DNA of 64,000 nt, taken from contig CBDCOZ010000003.1 in assembly GCA_965220085.1 (NCBI GenBank), positions 960,001 to 1,024,000 on the forward strand, given 5' to 3'. Position 1 is the stretch's first letter, and every line of letters starts with the position of its first letter. Below are positions 11,175 to 19,719 of this stretch, in pieces. A model generated the notes under the pieces. The model had not been told where the DNA came from. It ran no database searches and saw only the letters and a program-made list of their open reading frames with translations. This DNA comes from Candidatus Oxydemutatoraceae bacterium. GTDB lineage: Bacteria; Pseudomonadota; Gammaproteobacteria; Poriferisulfidales; Oxydemutatoraceae. The translations under genes and the position numbers were made by a program.

Positions 11175-11957
11175 CTAACGCCGCTCTTCAATTATCGCTA
11201 TCTCAGCTTTTGTTAGACTAAATAGCGTATATGCCAGATTATCTACTTGCTCTTCTAACTTATTCGTGTTCTCGCGCCTCGCTTTCGCTACGCTGATTTT
11301 TTGCAACAGCTCTACAAAAGGTTGCTGCTCGTTTTGCGGTATTCTGGGAATTGTGATGTTCTCTGCAAAAAGTTTCTGCATCAAATACCCCTTGCTATCC
11401 CGTGAATAGACATACAATGGTATCAAAAATCGAACAATCTTCGAGTTTAACATGGTGCACAGATAAGGCAGGTGTTGCCCTGTGATAATGAAGGCAGTCT
11501 TATCTGTTACAAGTTCGTTGCCAAAATCCATAAAGAATCTGGGGAATTCATCAGGCATACCCTTAGCCTCCCTCATCGTTTCAGGATACACAATCTTATC
11601 GCGCATAAACTCGGCGTGGTATGCAATGCTATCTTGAGTCTCATACCATTTGTAGCCAGTTGCCTTTCGGCTACCAGGCGCACCAGTCTGCTGCAGTCGA
11701 TGCTTGCCAAATGAAAGCAGGTGACGCTTTACAGCCTGATAATCATCAATGTCCAATTCTAGTGCAGGCAATGTGGCAATCAACCACAGTTCGGCCCATT
11801 CCGCCCTGTAGCGTTTTATGTCGCGGCCTCGCAGTATCGGCTTCAGAATCTCCTCGGATTTAGGATCCTCTGCTAGTAAGGCTTCCCTAGTCTCGTTATC
11901 AATGATAAACGCATCGTTGCAGCCCGTTTTTATTCCGTAGTTAATGGAATTGTTCAA
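11175..11957 (-). CDS. Silent alternative target recognition domain (C-terminal cassette) for the type IIG enzyme
   Basis: Begins SINYGIKTGCNDAFIIDNETREALLAED, identical to the expressed TRD start, then diverges; no methylase motifs; tail-to-tail with the main gene. Confidence 0.85.
   Translation of the reverse strand: MNNSINYGIKTGCNDAFIIDNETREALLAEDPKSEEILKPILRGRDIKRYRAEWAELWLIATLPALELDIDDYQAVKRHLLSFGKHRLQQTGAPGSRKATGYKWYETQDSIAYHAEFMRDKIVYPETMREAKGMPDEFPRFFMDFGNELVTDKTAFIITGQHLPYLCTMLNSKIVRFLIPLYVYSRDSKGYLMQKLFAENITIPRIPQNEQQPFVELLQKISVAKARRENTNKLEEQVDNLAYTLFSLTKAEIAIIEERR
11773..11949 (-). repeat. Right arm of the inverted repeat
   Basis: Reverse complement of 10437-10613 with mostly third-codon-position differences. 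Confidence 0.92.
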
Positions 11958-12016
11958 TCCTTAACCTCTTTGTTTCTGTTATAAGAGGATTTTCATTTAA
12001 CTGGGAGACCATATCC

Positions 12017-12982
12017 ATGAAATCAATAATTCAACACTCAATCACAGATATTCGCCGAGATATTGTTACTGGTGCTTTGGCTCAAAACACTATCCGCACA
12101 TATAAAAAGGCATGGGACGATTTTTCTGCCTATTGTAAAAGTCGGCGAATTAAGCCACTTGCAGCGACACCAGACACAGTGGCAGAGTTTCTGATAGAGA
12201 GTGCTACTAAACCATCACTTGCTACTGGCCGGCCATTGTCGGTCGGGTCTCTATCAATCCTTAATTGTGCGATTGCAAAACACTTCTGGTTGCATGAGAG
12301 ACAATCACCCACCAACCACCCAAAGGTAGTGACCGCTATGCGAGGACTGGCGCGTATCAACGGTAAGCCGCCCAGACAGGTCAAGGCATTGCGCGAGAAG
12401 CACATAGTCGAAATGATAAAGCAGTGCGATACCGGCACGTTAATAGGGACGCGCGATGCGGCGCTACTGGCGGTGGGTTTCTCTGCTGCGTTGCGTCGTA
12501 GTGAACTTTGTGCATTGCAAGTCGACGACATTGAGGTGATAGATGACGAGGGCGGATTACGTATGATGCTGACCATCCGCAAATCTAAAACCGACCAAGC
12601 TGGACTAGGCCAAGCTATACCGGTGCTAGATGGCAAGTTCATAAGGCCTGTCACCCATTTGCTGCAATGGTTGCACGAATCTGGCATCACCGATGGTTAC
12701 ATATTTCGTTCTTTGCGGCGCGGAGGGCATATGAGGGGTGATTGTTTGCACCACAGTGATATCCCGCGCCTAGTAAAACGCTATGCTGCTGCCATTGGTC
12801 TTGACCCTGCACATTACGCAGGCCATAGCCTACGCGCTGGATTTGTCACTAGTGCCGCTGCTCACGGCGCACGCATGGATAAGATTATGGAGGTCACGCG
12901 GCATACTAACACCCAGACCTTGATGAAGTATATCCGCGATGCCAATGTATTCAGTGAACATGCAGGCACTAAATTTCTGTGA
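12017..12982 (+). CDS. Tyrosine recombinase (Cre/phage integrase family), candidate invertase
   Basis: RDAALL, LRRSEL (R), KSKTDQ (K), GHSLRAG (HxxR), RH and KYIR (Tyr) catalytic residues. Confidence 0.92.
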   Translation: MKSIIQHSITDIRRDIVTGALAQNTIRTYKKAWDDFSAYCKSRRIKPLAATPDTVAEFLIESATKPSLATGRPLSVGSLSILNCAIAKHFWLHERQSPTNHPKVVTAMRGLARINGKPPRQVKALREKHIVEMIKQCDTGTLIGTRDAALLAVGFSAALRRSELCALQVDDIEVIDDEGGLRMMLTIRKSKTDQAGLGQAIPVLDGKFIRPVTHLLQWLHESGITDGYIFRSLRRGGHMRGDCLHHSDIPRLVKRYAAAIGLDPAHYAGHSLRAGFVTSAAAHGARMDKIMEVTRHTNTQTLMKYIRDANVFSEHAGTKFL

Positions 12983-13118
12983 ACAATTTGAATAAGGCCA
13001 GCTGTTAAATCTTGGGTAACCACAAAACATAACCAAAGTTGAGGAGGATGAAAGATGAGTGTCGGTTCGTAGTGGTATAGCTGAATACCTCCTACTTAAA
13101 TCCTAATATCAAATTAGT

Positions 13119-13342
13119 TCAATTGTGCAGAATCAGGATTTCGCCTTTGCCGTTTGCGGCACAGTCGCCGACATAGCGGTTTGCCAGCTTTGGCAAGGGC
13201 AAGGGCTCAAAGCCGATGTCAAGCTTTTGCAAGTAGTTTGACAGTAAGGTCAGAAACTCGGTTTCAAAGTATTTATTCTGGTTGATAAAGGTCTGGGGCA
13301 GGCCGCCCTGCGGTAATTGACGCAGGATGATGCTCCCTCTTT
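13119..13342 (-). pseudogene. Displaced duplicate of the fhcC 3' end (direct repeat of 17987-18210)
   Basis: ~224 bp near-identical copy including the stop codon; the few differences I found are synonymous. Confidence 0.92.
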
Positions 13343-13461
13343 CCAGAGCGGAATTGACAAGGATGAAGTGTAAAAGGTATGCGGCGGATGTTTTTGAAGG
13401 TGGTGAGGAGGCTTTTAATATGCAAAAATCCAAATATGACTTTTGAATATGGATACAGACA

Positions 13462-14664
13462 ATGCTGAAAAGTGAACTTCTGGAATTAATCGACCAAGGG
13501 GAAGGGCCCAAACTGGAATTTGATCGCGATGATGTCCGCCCTGAAAATCTGGCTAAGGAAATAGTGGCTTTCACCAACATGAACGGCGGCCAAATACTTA
13601 TGGGTGTTGAAAATGATGGAGACATCAGCGGCATACGGAGGAATAACCTTCGGGAATGGGTAATGGATACGGTTATTGGTCGCCATGTTCATCCATATAT
13701 TCATCCGGACTATCAAGAAATTTCGCTTGAAGATAAGAAAGTAGCCGTGATTGATATCCCCATGGGGACTGTCAAGCCATACACTCTCAAACACAATGAT
13801 CGCCAAGATGCGTATGTTCGTTATGGGAATATATGTAAGCCGGTAAATCGTGCACAGCAGGCAAGGTTGTATGCATCCGGCGGGTCTTATTCGATTGAAA
13901 GACTTCCCGTTCCGGGTTCAAAGATTAGTGAACTGAGCAAGCCTCGCTATCTCCAATATTTCTCCGATGTTTTGGAAGAAACGATAGACATTGATGAAGA
14001 GTTTCTTGAAAATCGTTATTTCCTCGTAGATTCAAGTGGTGGCCTATCGTGCAGTTATTTCGCATATGCGCTGTTTGCCAAGAGACCTGGTCTGCGGTTG
14101 CCACAGGCGCCGGTTCGCGTAACTGTATATCCCGGCAATGATAAGGATTACGATACTTCATTGGATGAGAGTCCGGATGTGCCCTATGTGGGGTTATGCA
14201 ATGATGAAGGTGCTGTTGTCGAACCCGCCATTCATGAGAGAGTCATGGCGCTGATACAGTCGCATATCAGTAAAGAACAGTTGGTGGATGCCACCCGAAC
14301 ACGGCTGTGGGACTATCCGCCGGAGGCTATCAGGGAGGCCATAGTCAATGCGCTTGTCCATCGCGATTGGACCAAGACGGGCTGTGTGCGCTTGGAGGTG
14401 TATGGCGACCGCTTGGAAATCCATAGCCCCGGTTCTCTGCCCAATGGCATGACTGTCGATGGGGTAAAACATGGGGCGCGATTTGCCCGCAATCAGCAGT
14501 TGGTTCGCGTATTCAATGATTACGGATATATGGAAGGCCGGGGAATGGGTATACGCCGCAAGATTATCCTGCTGAGCTTGAAACATAGTGGCCGTGAGCC
14601 AGACTTTGAGGCAACAGAAGACCACTTCAAAGTGATACTGTATAAGAAAGATGCTCGCACCTGA
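13462..14664 (+). CDS. Second Schlafen/AlbA_2 + HATPase_c_4 domain protein
   Basis: GEGPKLEF, IVAFTNMNGG, MGVENDG; YPPEAIREAIVNALVHRDW, SPGSLP, RNQQL, GMGI. Confidence 0.85.
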   Translation: MLKSELLELIDQGEGPKLEFDRDDVRPENLAKEIVAFTNMNGGQILMGVENDGDISGIRRNNLREWVMDTVIGRHVHPYIHPDYQEISLEDKKVAVIDIPMGTVKPYTLKHNDRQDAYVRYGNICKPVNRAQQARLYASGGSYSIERLPVPGSKISELSKPRYLQYFSDVLEETIDIDEEFLENRYFLVDSSGGLSCSYFAYALFAKRPGLRLPQAPVRVTVYPGNDKDYDTSLDESPDVPYVGLCNDEGAVVEPAIHERVMALIQSHISKEQLVDATRTRLWDYPPEAIREAIVNALVHRDWTKTGCVRLEVYGDRLEIHSPGSLPNGMTVDGVKHGARFARNQQLVRVFNDYGYMEGRGMGIRRKIILLSLKHSGREPDFEATEDHFKVILYKKDART

Positions 14665-15001
14665 AACCGAACAACCGATTATCAACTCGCCATACGAGGA
14701 ACCGAAGGCGCACTGGAAGATTCATGCCCATGAACCGGCAGAGAAGGTGGAGGGGCGGCGCATGGCGGCTTATATGTATCTGCCATCCGGCAAGTCCCAT
14801 GATGTGGAGGATGAGCGCAAGACCGGCTACGAACTGGAATTGCAACTGGTGACACTGTTGCGTGAGCGGGTTACCGAGTGGCGGGAGATGGCACGGCGCG
14901 GCGAGGGCGGTGTCAGCAGGGTGACTATGGAACTGCTGAACTACTGGCGCCGCGAAGGGCGGAAGCATCGGTTGTTCTTTGCGCAGTTGGAAGTAGCGTA
15001 G
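14651..15001 (+). pseudogene. Truncated N-terminus of a type III restriction-like (Res/DEAD) subunit
   Basis: PIINSPYEEPKAHW, LRERVTEWR, TMELLNYW and LFFAQLE resemble the N-terminus of large type III Res proteins; stops after 116 aa before any helicase motif. Confidence 0.7.
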
Positions 15002-15080
15002 GTGGTTGTATTTCTAGCCTTTCAGGTTTTGTTTCAGTTATGGTATAACAGCCAGTACCCTTACAACTGGAGACCATACC

Positions 15081-15665
15081 ATGAAAATTTTCATATTCTC
15101 ACCCCAATCCATCTATATGGAGATTTGGCAATGCCTTAAGATTCGCCGCTCTGTTTATGTGCAAAACAGAAATCTATATTTCTTGACGATGCTTGTTGTC
15201 GCACTTACAGCATCTACAGACGCATTCGCCGCAAATCTAGACCAGCACATAAACATGGGCCCTACTGAAAGGGAAATCGGCATGATGCTTGATGAACAAG
15301 TTTTCAAGAATGGAATAGAAGTGTTCAATAAGAAGAACTGGTTTCCCCCTGCTAGATGCAAAGCTTATTTAGGTGGTGCAAAAGACCATCCAACACAAGT
15401 ACGTCTATTAACTGATGCCAAAAAGGGCTACATGCCCATAGTAATAAGGTCATATCTGAGATTCCAAGGGGATGGCTGTAGAGGGGTTTTCAGACCCTTT
15501 GTAAAATCTCAGTATGTAGGATTTGCTGTTAAAATTCTCCCTGCCCCTGCCAATAATCCCAAGTGCGGGAAGATGATTGTATTGGAGAAATCAAATATTA
15601 AGAAATTGCCAGGGATAATAGAAACCAATATAGACAAAAAAATGAAATACCAAATATGCAGCTAG
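15081..15665 (+). CDS. Hypothetical, probably secreted protein (true start likely further downstream)
   Basis: AT-rich ORF; LVVALTASTDAFA signal-peptide-like segment; four Cys in the mature part. Confidence 0.55.
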   Translation: MKIFIFSPQSIYMEIWQCLKIRRSVYVQNRNLYFLTMLVVALTASTDAFAANLDQHINMGPTEREIGMMLDEQVFKNGIEVFNKKNWFPPARCKAYLGGAKDHPTQVRLLTDAKKGYMPIVIRSYLRFQGDGCRGVFRPFVKSQYVGFAVKILPAPANNPKCGKMIVLEKSNIKKLPGIIETNIDKKMKYQICS

Positions 15666-15916
15666 TCTACTGGTAACAATTAATATAGCTCTGTATACTG
15701 GCTATTGCAGAGTGCGACTATGATGCTTATATTCAAGTCAAACAGGGATAATAAGCATTACTTAGTCTGGGTGGCGCATTAAGGTGCCGCCCGACGCTGG
15801 GTCAATGCGGTGAACGTCGACGGCAAGCATGGTCATTGGCAATATTGCATGGTGTCAGAAAGCGAGAAGGCCGTTGATGCGGTGGATGATGCCGTCAAAG
15901 CCGCGAGCCGCACATA

Positions 15917-16127
15917 GCCTATGCGCACTATCGGCTCCGAACACGGCGCTGTTTATCGATGCCAAGCTCCATAACACAGGGCCGGGGCACGAAGTATCCG
16001 TCAGAAAAGAGGCACTGACCGAGAGGGTCCGGCCTTCCAAGGCCTTTGTTGGGGCCAAGCATGAGTTTATAAAAGAGGTATCGCGCATCGGCAATAGCCT
16101 GAATGATTTGGGTGCGTATAATGTAAC
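15917..16127 (+). pseudogene. Degenerate internal fragment of ccp/mauG (homologous to ~2113-2325)
   Basis: ALFIDAKLHNTGPGHEVSVRKEALTERV...EFIKEVSRIG..NDLGAYNVT versus ALFTDNKLHNTGLGYEISMKKETPTERV...EFIKEVTRVG..NDLGAYEVT. Confidence 0.85.
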
Positions 16128-16207
16128 AAGAAAATGGGTGGCAGGTGGCCACTGGGCTGCACATAGGATAAAGATACCTCATTCCACACATATATAAACT
16201 GACTACG

Positions 16208-17383
16208 ATGAAAATTGAACGTATAGAGATTAATAATTTCCGCGCGCTACATAGTGTGGTTCTGAAAGATATTCCCAGCTTAGCTGTTTTTATTGGCAAA
16301 AACGGCAGCGGCAAGTCCACTTTGTTTCAAGTATTTGGTTTCTTAAAAGATGCACTGCAGAATAATGTACAAACAGCTTTGCAAAGAATGGGCGGATACC
16401 ATGAGGTGGCGACGCGAGGTCATTCGGATGAGCCAATCAGCATAGAAATAAAGTTCAGGATGAAGATTGCCGAGAAAGAACGACTGGTCACATACCGCGT
16501 TGAGATTGCCCGCAGAGACGACCGGCCTTTCGTCCGCCGCGAGATACTGCGTTACAAGAGAGGGTCTTTCGGTTCTCCGTTTCATTTTCTGGATTTTAGC
16601 AATGGCAACGGCTACGCGATTAACAATGAGGAGGATTTCAATAAACCGGACATAGAACTGGAGAAAGAGCATCAGAAGTTGCCCGACAATGTTCTGGCCA
16701 TCAAGGGCTTGGGGCAGTTTGAAAGGTTTAAGGCGGCCAGCGCTTTTCGCCATCTGATAGAGAACTGGCATGTCTCCGATTTCCATATAGCCGCCGCACG
16801 GCAGCGCGCAGAAGCCGGTGTGGCCGAGCATCTGTCTCCGACAGGAGACAACCTGCCGCTGGTCGCCCAATATTTGCAGAAGGGGAATCCGGAGGTGTTC
16901 CGGAAGATATTGGATAGGTTCCAAGAGCGGATTCCGGGCATGGGGAAGGTCACCGCGGATGTTACTCAGGATGGGCATGTGCTGCTGCGATTTAGCGATG
17001 CTTCTTTCAAAGATCCTTTCATTGCGCGATTTGTATCTGACGGAACCATTAAGATGTTTGCCTATCTGGTTTTGTTGCATGATCCCGAGCCTCACCCCTT
17101 TTTATGTATTGAGGAACCGGAAAACCAGCTTTACCCGGATCTTTTTGAAGCATTGATGGAGGAGTTGCGCGAATACGGCAGACTGGGAGGACAGGTATTT
17201 GTGTCCACGCATTCGCCGGACATCATGGATTATGCGGAGATTGAGGAAGCATTTCAGTTGGAAAAGAACTCCGGCAAAACTCAGATAAAAGCAATAAAGA
17301 ACAACGAGCAGGTCGCGGCGCTTGTCGAAGGGGGAGACAAACTGGGCTGGCTTTGGAATCAAAATTTGCTGACAGCCGATTAA
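16208..17383 (+). CDS. ABC-type AAA ATPase (AAA_15/AAA_21 family), defence associated
   Basis: GKNGSGKST Walker A, SDGT signature, IEEPEN Walker B, STHS switch. Confidence 0.88.
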   Translation: MKIERIEINNFRALHSVVLKDIPSLAVFIGKNGSGKSTLFQVFGFLKDALQNNVQTALQRMGGYHEVATRGHSDEPISIEIKFRMKIAEKERLVTYRVEIARRDDRPFVRREILRYKRGSFGSPFHFLDFSNGNGYAINNEEDFNKPDIELEKEHQKLPDNVLAIKGLGQFERFKAASAFRHLIENWHVSDFHIAAARQRAEAGVAEHLSPTGDNLPLVAQYLQKGNPEVFRKILDRFQERIPGMGKVTADVTQDGHVLLRFSDASFKDPFIARFVSDGTIKMFAYLVLLHDPEPHPFLCIEEPENQLYPDLFEALMEELREYGRLGGQVFVSTHSPDIMDYAEIEEAFQLEKNSGKTQIKAIKNNEQVAALVEGGDKLGWLWNQNLLTAD

Positions 17384-17385
17384 CC

Positions 17386-17985
17386 ATGCCTGAAACCGCA
17401 CATCTGTGTTTGTATGTCATGCTGGAGGAACGTAGCGCCGAGCGCTTGATGAAAGCACTGTTGCCTCATATCCTTCCCGAAGAACTGGCATCCGGCGCCA
17501 TAAGCGCCAAATGCATCCCCCACAGAGGCAGAGGTGATTTGCAAAAGTCTATTCCCAACAAACTGCGTAACTGGCGCACTCCAAACTCCCTTTTTGTGAT
17601 TTTGCACGATCAAGACAATGAGGATTGTCACGGATTAAAAAGAGATTTGCGTTCCCTGTGTGCGGGCAGCCAATGTGAGCATAATCCGCTGATAAGAATC
17701 GTATGCACTGAGTTAGAGTCTTGGTATTTTGGAGATTTGGACGCTGTGGAAGCGGCATACCCCGGATTCAAGGCGGATAGATATCGCAACAAGAGCCAAT
17801 ACAGGGTGCCGGATGCCATTCAAAAGCCGAGTGAGAGGCTTAAGAGCTTAATCAAAGAGTTTGATAAAAGTACGGCTGCCAAGAAAATACCCCGACACAT
17901 GGATATTAACCGTAACCGTTCCGCAAGTTTTATATGTATGGTGGAAGGTATCCGCAATCTGGTGCGCGGAGCAATAGTAGCGTAG
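17386..17985 (+). CDS. DUF4276-like (TOPRIM-related) partner of the ATPase
   Basis: MLEERSAE, LHDQD, ELESWYFGD and NRSASF motifs; directly coupled to the ATPase. Confidence 0.75.
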   Translation: MPETAHLCLYVMLEERSAERLMKALLPHILPEELASGAISAKCIPHRGRGDLQKSIPNKLRNWRTPNSLFVILHDQDNEDCHGLKRDLRSLCAGSQCEHNPLIRIVCTELESWYFGDLDAVEAAYPGFKADRYRNKSQYRVPDAIQKPSERLKSLIKEFDKSTAAKKIPRHMDINRNRSASFICMVEGIRNLVRGAIVA

Positions 17986-17986
17986 C

Positions 17987-18799
17987 TTAATTGTGCAAAA
18001 TCAGGATTTCGCCTTTGCCGTTTGCGGCACAGTCGCCGACATAACGGTTTGCCAGCTTTGGCAAGGGCAAGGGTTCAAAGCCGATGTCAAGCTTTTGCAA
18101 GTAGTTTGACAGTAAGGTCAGGAACTCGGTTTCAAAGTATTTATTCTGGTTGATAAAGGTCTGGGGCAGGCCGCCCTGCGGTAATTGACGCAGGATGATG
18201 CTCCCTCTTTTGATTCCTTGTGCGCAAGAATTGCCGCATTGTCCGGAGACGATGACTGTGCCGGCTTTCATCCGTGAAGCGCAGAAAGCTCCCGCATCAC
18301 CGCGTATTGCAATCAGGCCGCGACGCATATGGTCGCCGCTGCGCTCGCCCGCATTGCCCAGCACAAAAATTTCGCCGCCGCGCATTCCTTGTATGGCTCC
18401 TGTTACCGCACCGCCGCAAAAGTCGCCTGCATTGTTGTGCACGATGACGCGCCCGCCGCTCATGGCATGGCCGCAAAAGTTGCCGACATGCCCGCGCACC
18501 CGTATCACTCCTCCGGACAGTTTGGCTGCGGTATAGTGGCCGACATCGCCGGTGACTTGCAACTCGCCTTGGGTCATCGCTGCGCCGACATAATTGAGCT
18601 GCTTACAAGCGCCGGTAATTTCCAACGCTTCTTTTGTGTCCTGTATTACTTCGAACAGATCGCCGACACGGATAGTGTCTCCGGCTGCTTTCAATGTTTG
18701 CCTCTCAATCTCCGAAATGCTCTGCTGCTGACAAAACTCAGGCGTCAGCGGCGACATATCAACACTGTTATCGGGTTTGTTTTTCAGTCTCAATTTCAT
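17987..18799 (-). CDS. fhcC: Formyltransferase/hydrolase complex subunit C (FwdC-like)
   Basis: GXGXG beta-helix repeats (GAAMTQG, GHAMSGG, GDHMRRG); ATGA overlap with fhcD. Confidence 0.9.
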   Translation of the reverse strand: MKLRLKNKPDNSVDMSPLTPEFCQQQSISEIERQTLKAAGDTIRVGDLFEVIQDTKEALEITGACKQLNYVGAAMTQGELQVTGDVGHYTAAKLSGGVIRVRGHVGNFCGHAMSGGRVIVHNNAGDFCGGAVTGAIQGMRGGEIFVLGNAGERSGDHMRRGLIAIRGDAGAFCASRMKAGTVIVSGQCGNSCAQGIKRGSIILRQLPQGGLPQTFINQNKYFETEFLTLLSNYLQKLDIGFEPLPLPKLANRYVGDCAANGKGEILILHN

Positions 18800-19719
18800 G
18801 CGCCCATGATTTCCCACAAATGAAAGTGATAGGGGCCGAGCCGCCCGTCGTAATGGCCGGCGGTAATAGTCGTAATGCCTTGCGCCAGCCCGAGTTCGCA
18901 GACAGCGCTGATGCCGATGCGCATCGCATTGATGATGTCCTGCACGCTCAAGCCGTCGATCACCACCTCCATCGTTGCGGTCGTATCGTCGCGCAAGTTC
19001 GTCGGCACCAACCCCTTGAGTGTCGGGCAATAGGATTCGTGGGTGGATGCGCTAAGCCAGCTATAGCGCGAGCCGACTTTGGAGCCGGAGCGCACGCCGC
19101 CGCCCGGGAAGGGCATAATCAGGTTGGGTAAGCTGGATATCGCATCGATCGCCGCTTCGCAGGCCTGCAATGCCTGCGTCATTGACTTTGCCATAATCAG
19201 AAAGTTGCCGCCGCCGATCGCATTGACCGAGGAAGTGCTTTCTTCGCATAAGAACTCTCCGTCCATAACGGGTATGCGCCAGTATCGTTTGTCTCCGATG
19301 ACCTTTGATATCTGATAGCCGTCCCCGAAGTAGCGTATATATTTACCGAGTGGCAAATCTTTTTCTCCGCCCTCAACGCCCGCAAACACCGCGCTGGTCG
19401 GGCATGTGAGTACACATTGTGCGACGCGTTTGGTCAGTTGCTCCGATAGTGCTTTGGTCGAGATGGCAAACAGCAACACCGAGAAGCCGGTGCGCCCGTC
19501 GGGCGTTTCGGACGGCTTCATTTTGCGCTCGATCCCGGCCTCGACATCACAGCCGATGACCGACGTCGCAAAGCCGACCATCGTATTGGCGGCGTTCTTC
19601 GCCCACTTGTAATTCATCGCCGTGATGATGATTCTGGTGGCGACCATCGGGAACGCCTCGGCAAAGGTGTCTTTTATCTCGACACCGTTTATAACGATGC
19701 CTTTTAGTGGGACTGACAT
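18796..19719 (-). CDS. fhcD: Formylmethanofuran:H4MPT formyltransferase
   Basis: DTFAEAF, GFATSVIGC, TPDGR, QCVLTCPT, GDGYQ, RSGSKVGS. Confidence 0.95.
   Translation of the reverse strand: MSVPLKGIVINGVEIKDTFAEAFPMVATRIIITAMNYKWAKNAANTMVGFATSVIGCDVEAGIERKMKPSETPDGRTGFSVLLFAISTKALSEQLTKRVAQCVLTCPTSAVFAGVEGGEKDLPLGKYIRYFGDGYQISKVIGDKRYWRIPVMDGEFLCEESTSSVNAIGGGNFLIMAKSMTQALQACEAAIDAISSLPNLIMPFPGGGVRSGSKVGSRYSWLSASTHESYCPTLKGLVPTNLRDDTTATMEVVIDGLSVQDIINAMRIGISAVCELGLAQGITTITAGHYDGRLGPYHFHLWEIMGA

Noticed and set aside
13035-13100. tRNA-like fragment (GGTTCGTAGTGGTATAGC) as an integration site
   Set aside because: I cannot fold a cloverleaf and see no second copy or CCA end.
13119-13634. 171 aa minus-strand ORF as a real gene
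   Set aside because: Chimera of the fhcC 3' duplicate and the antisense of the AlbA_2 gene.
12017-17985. Integron (IntI plus attC cassettes) or prophage
   Set aside because: The recombinase looks Cre-like, I found no repeated attC-type sites, and there are no phage structural genes.
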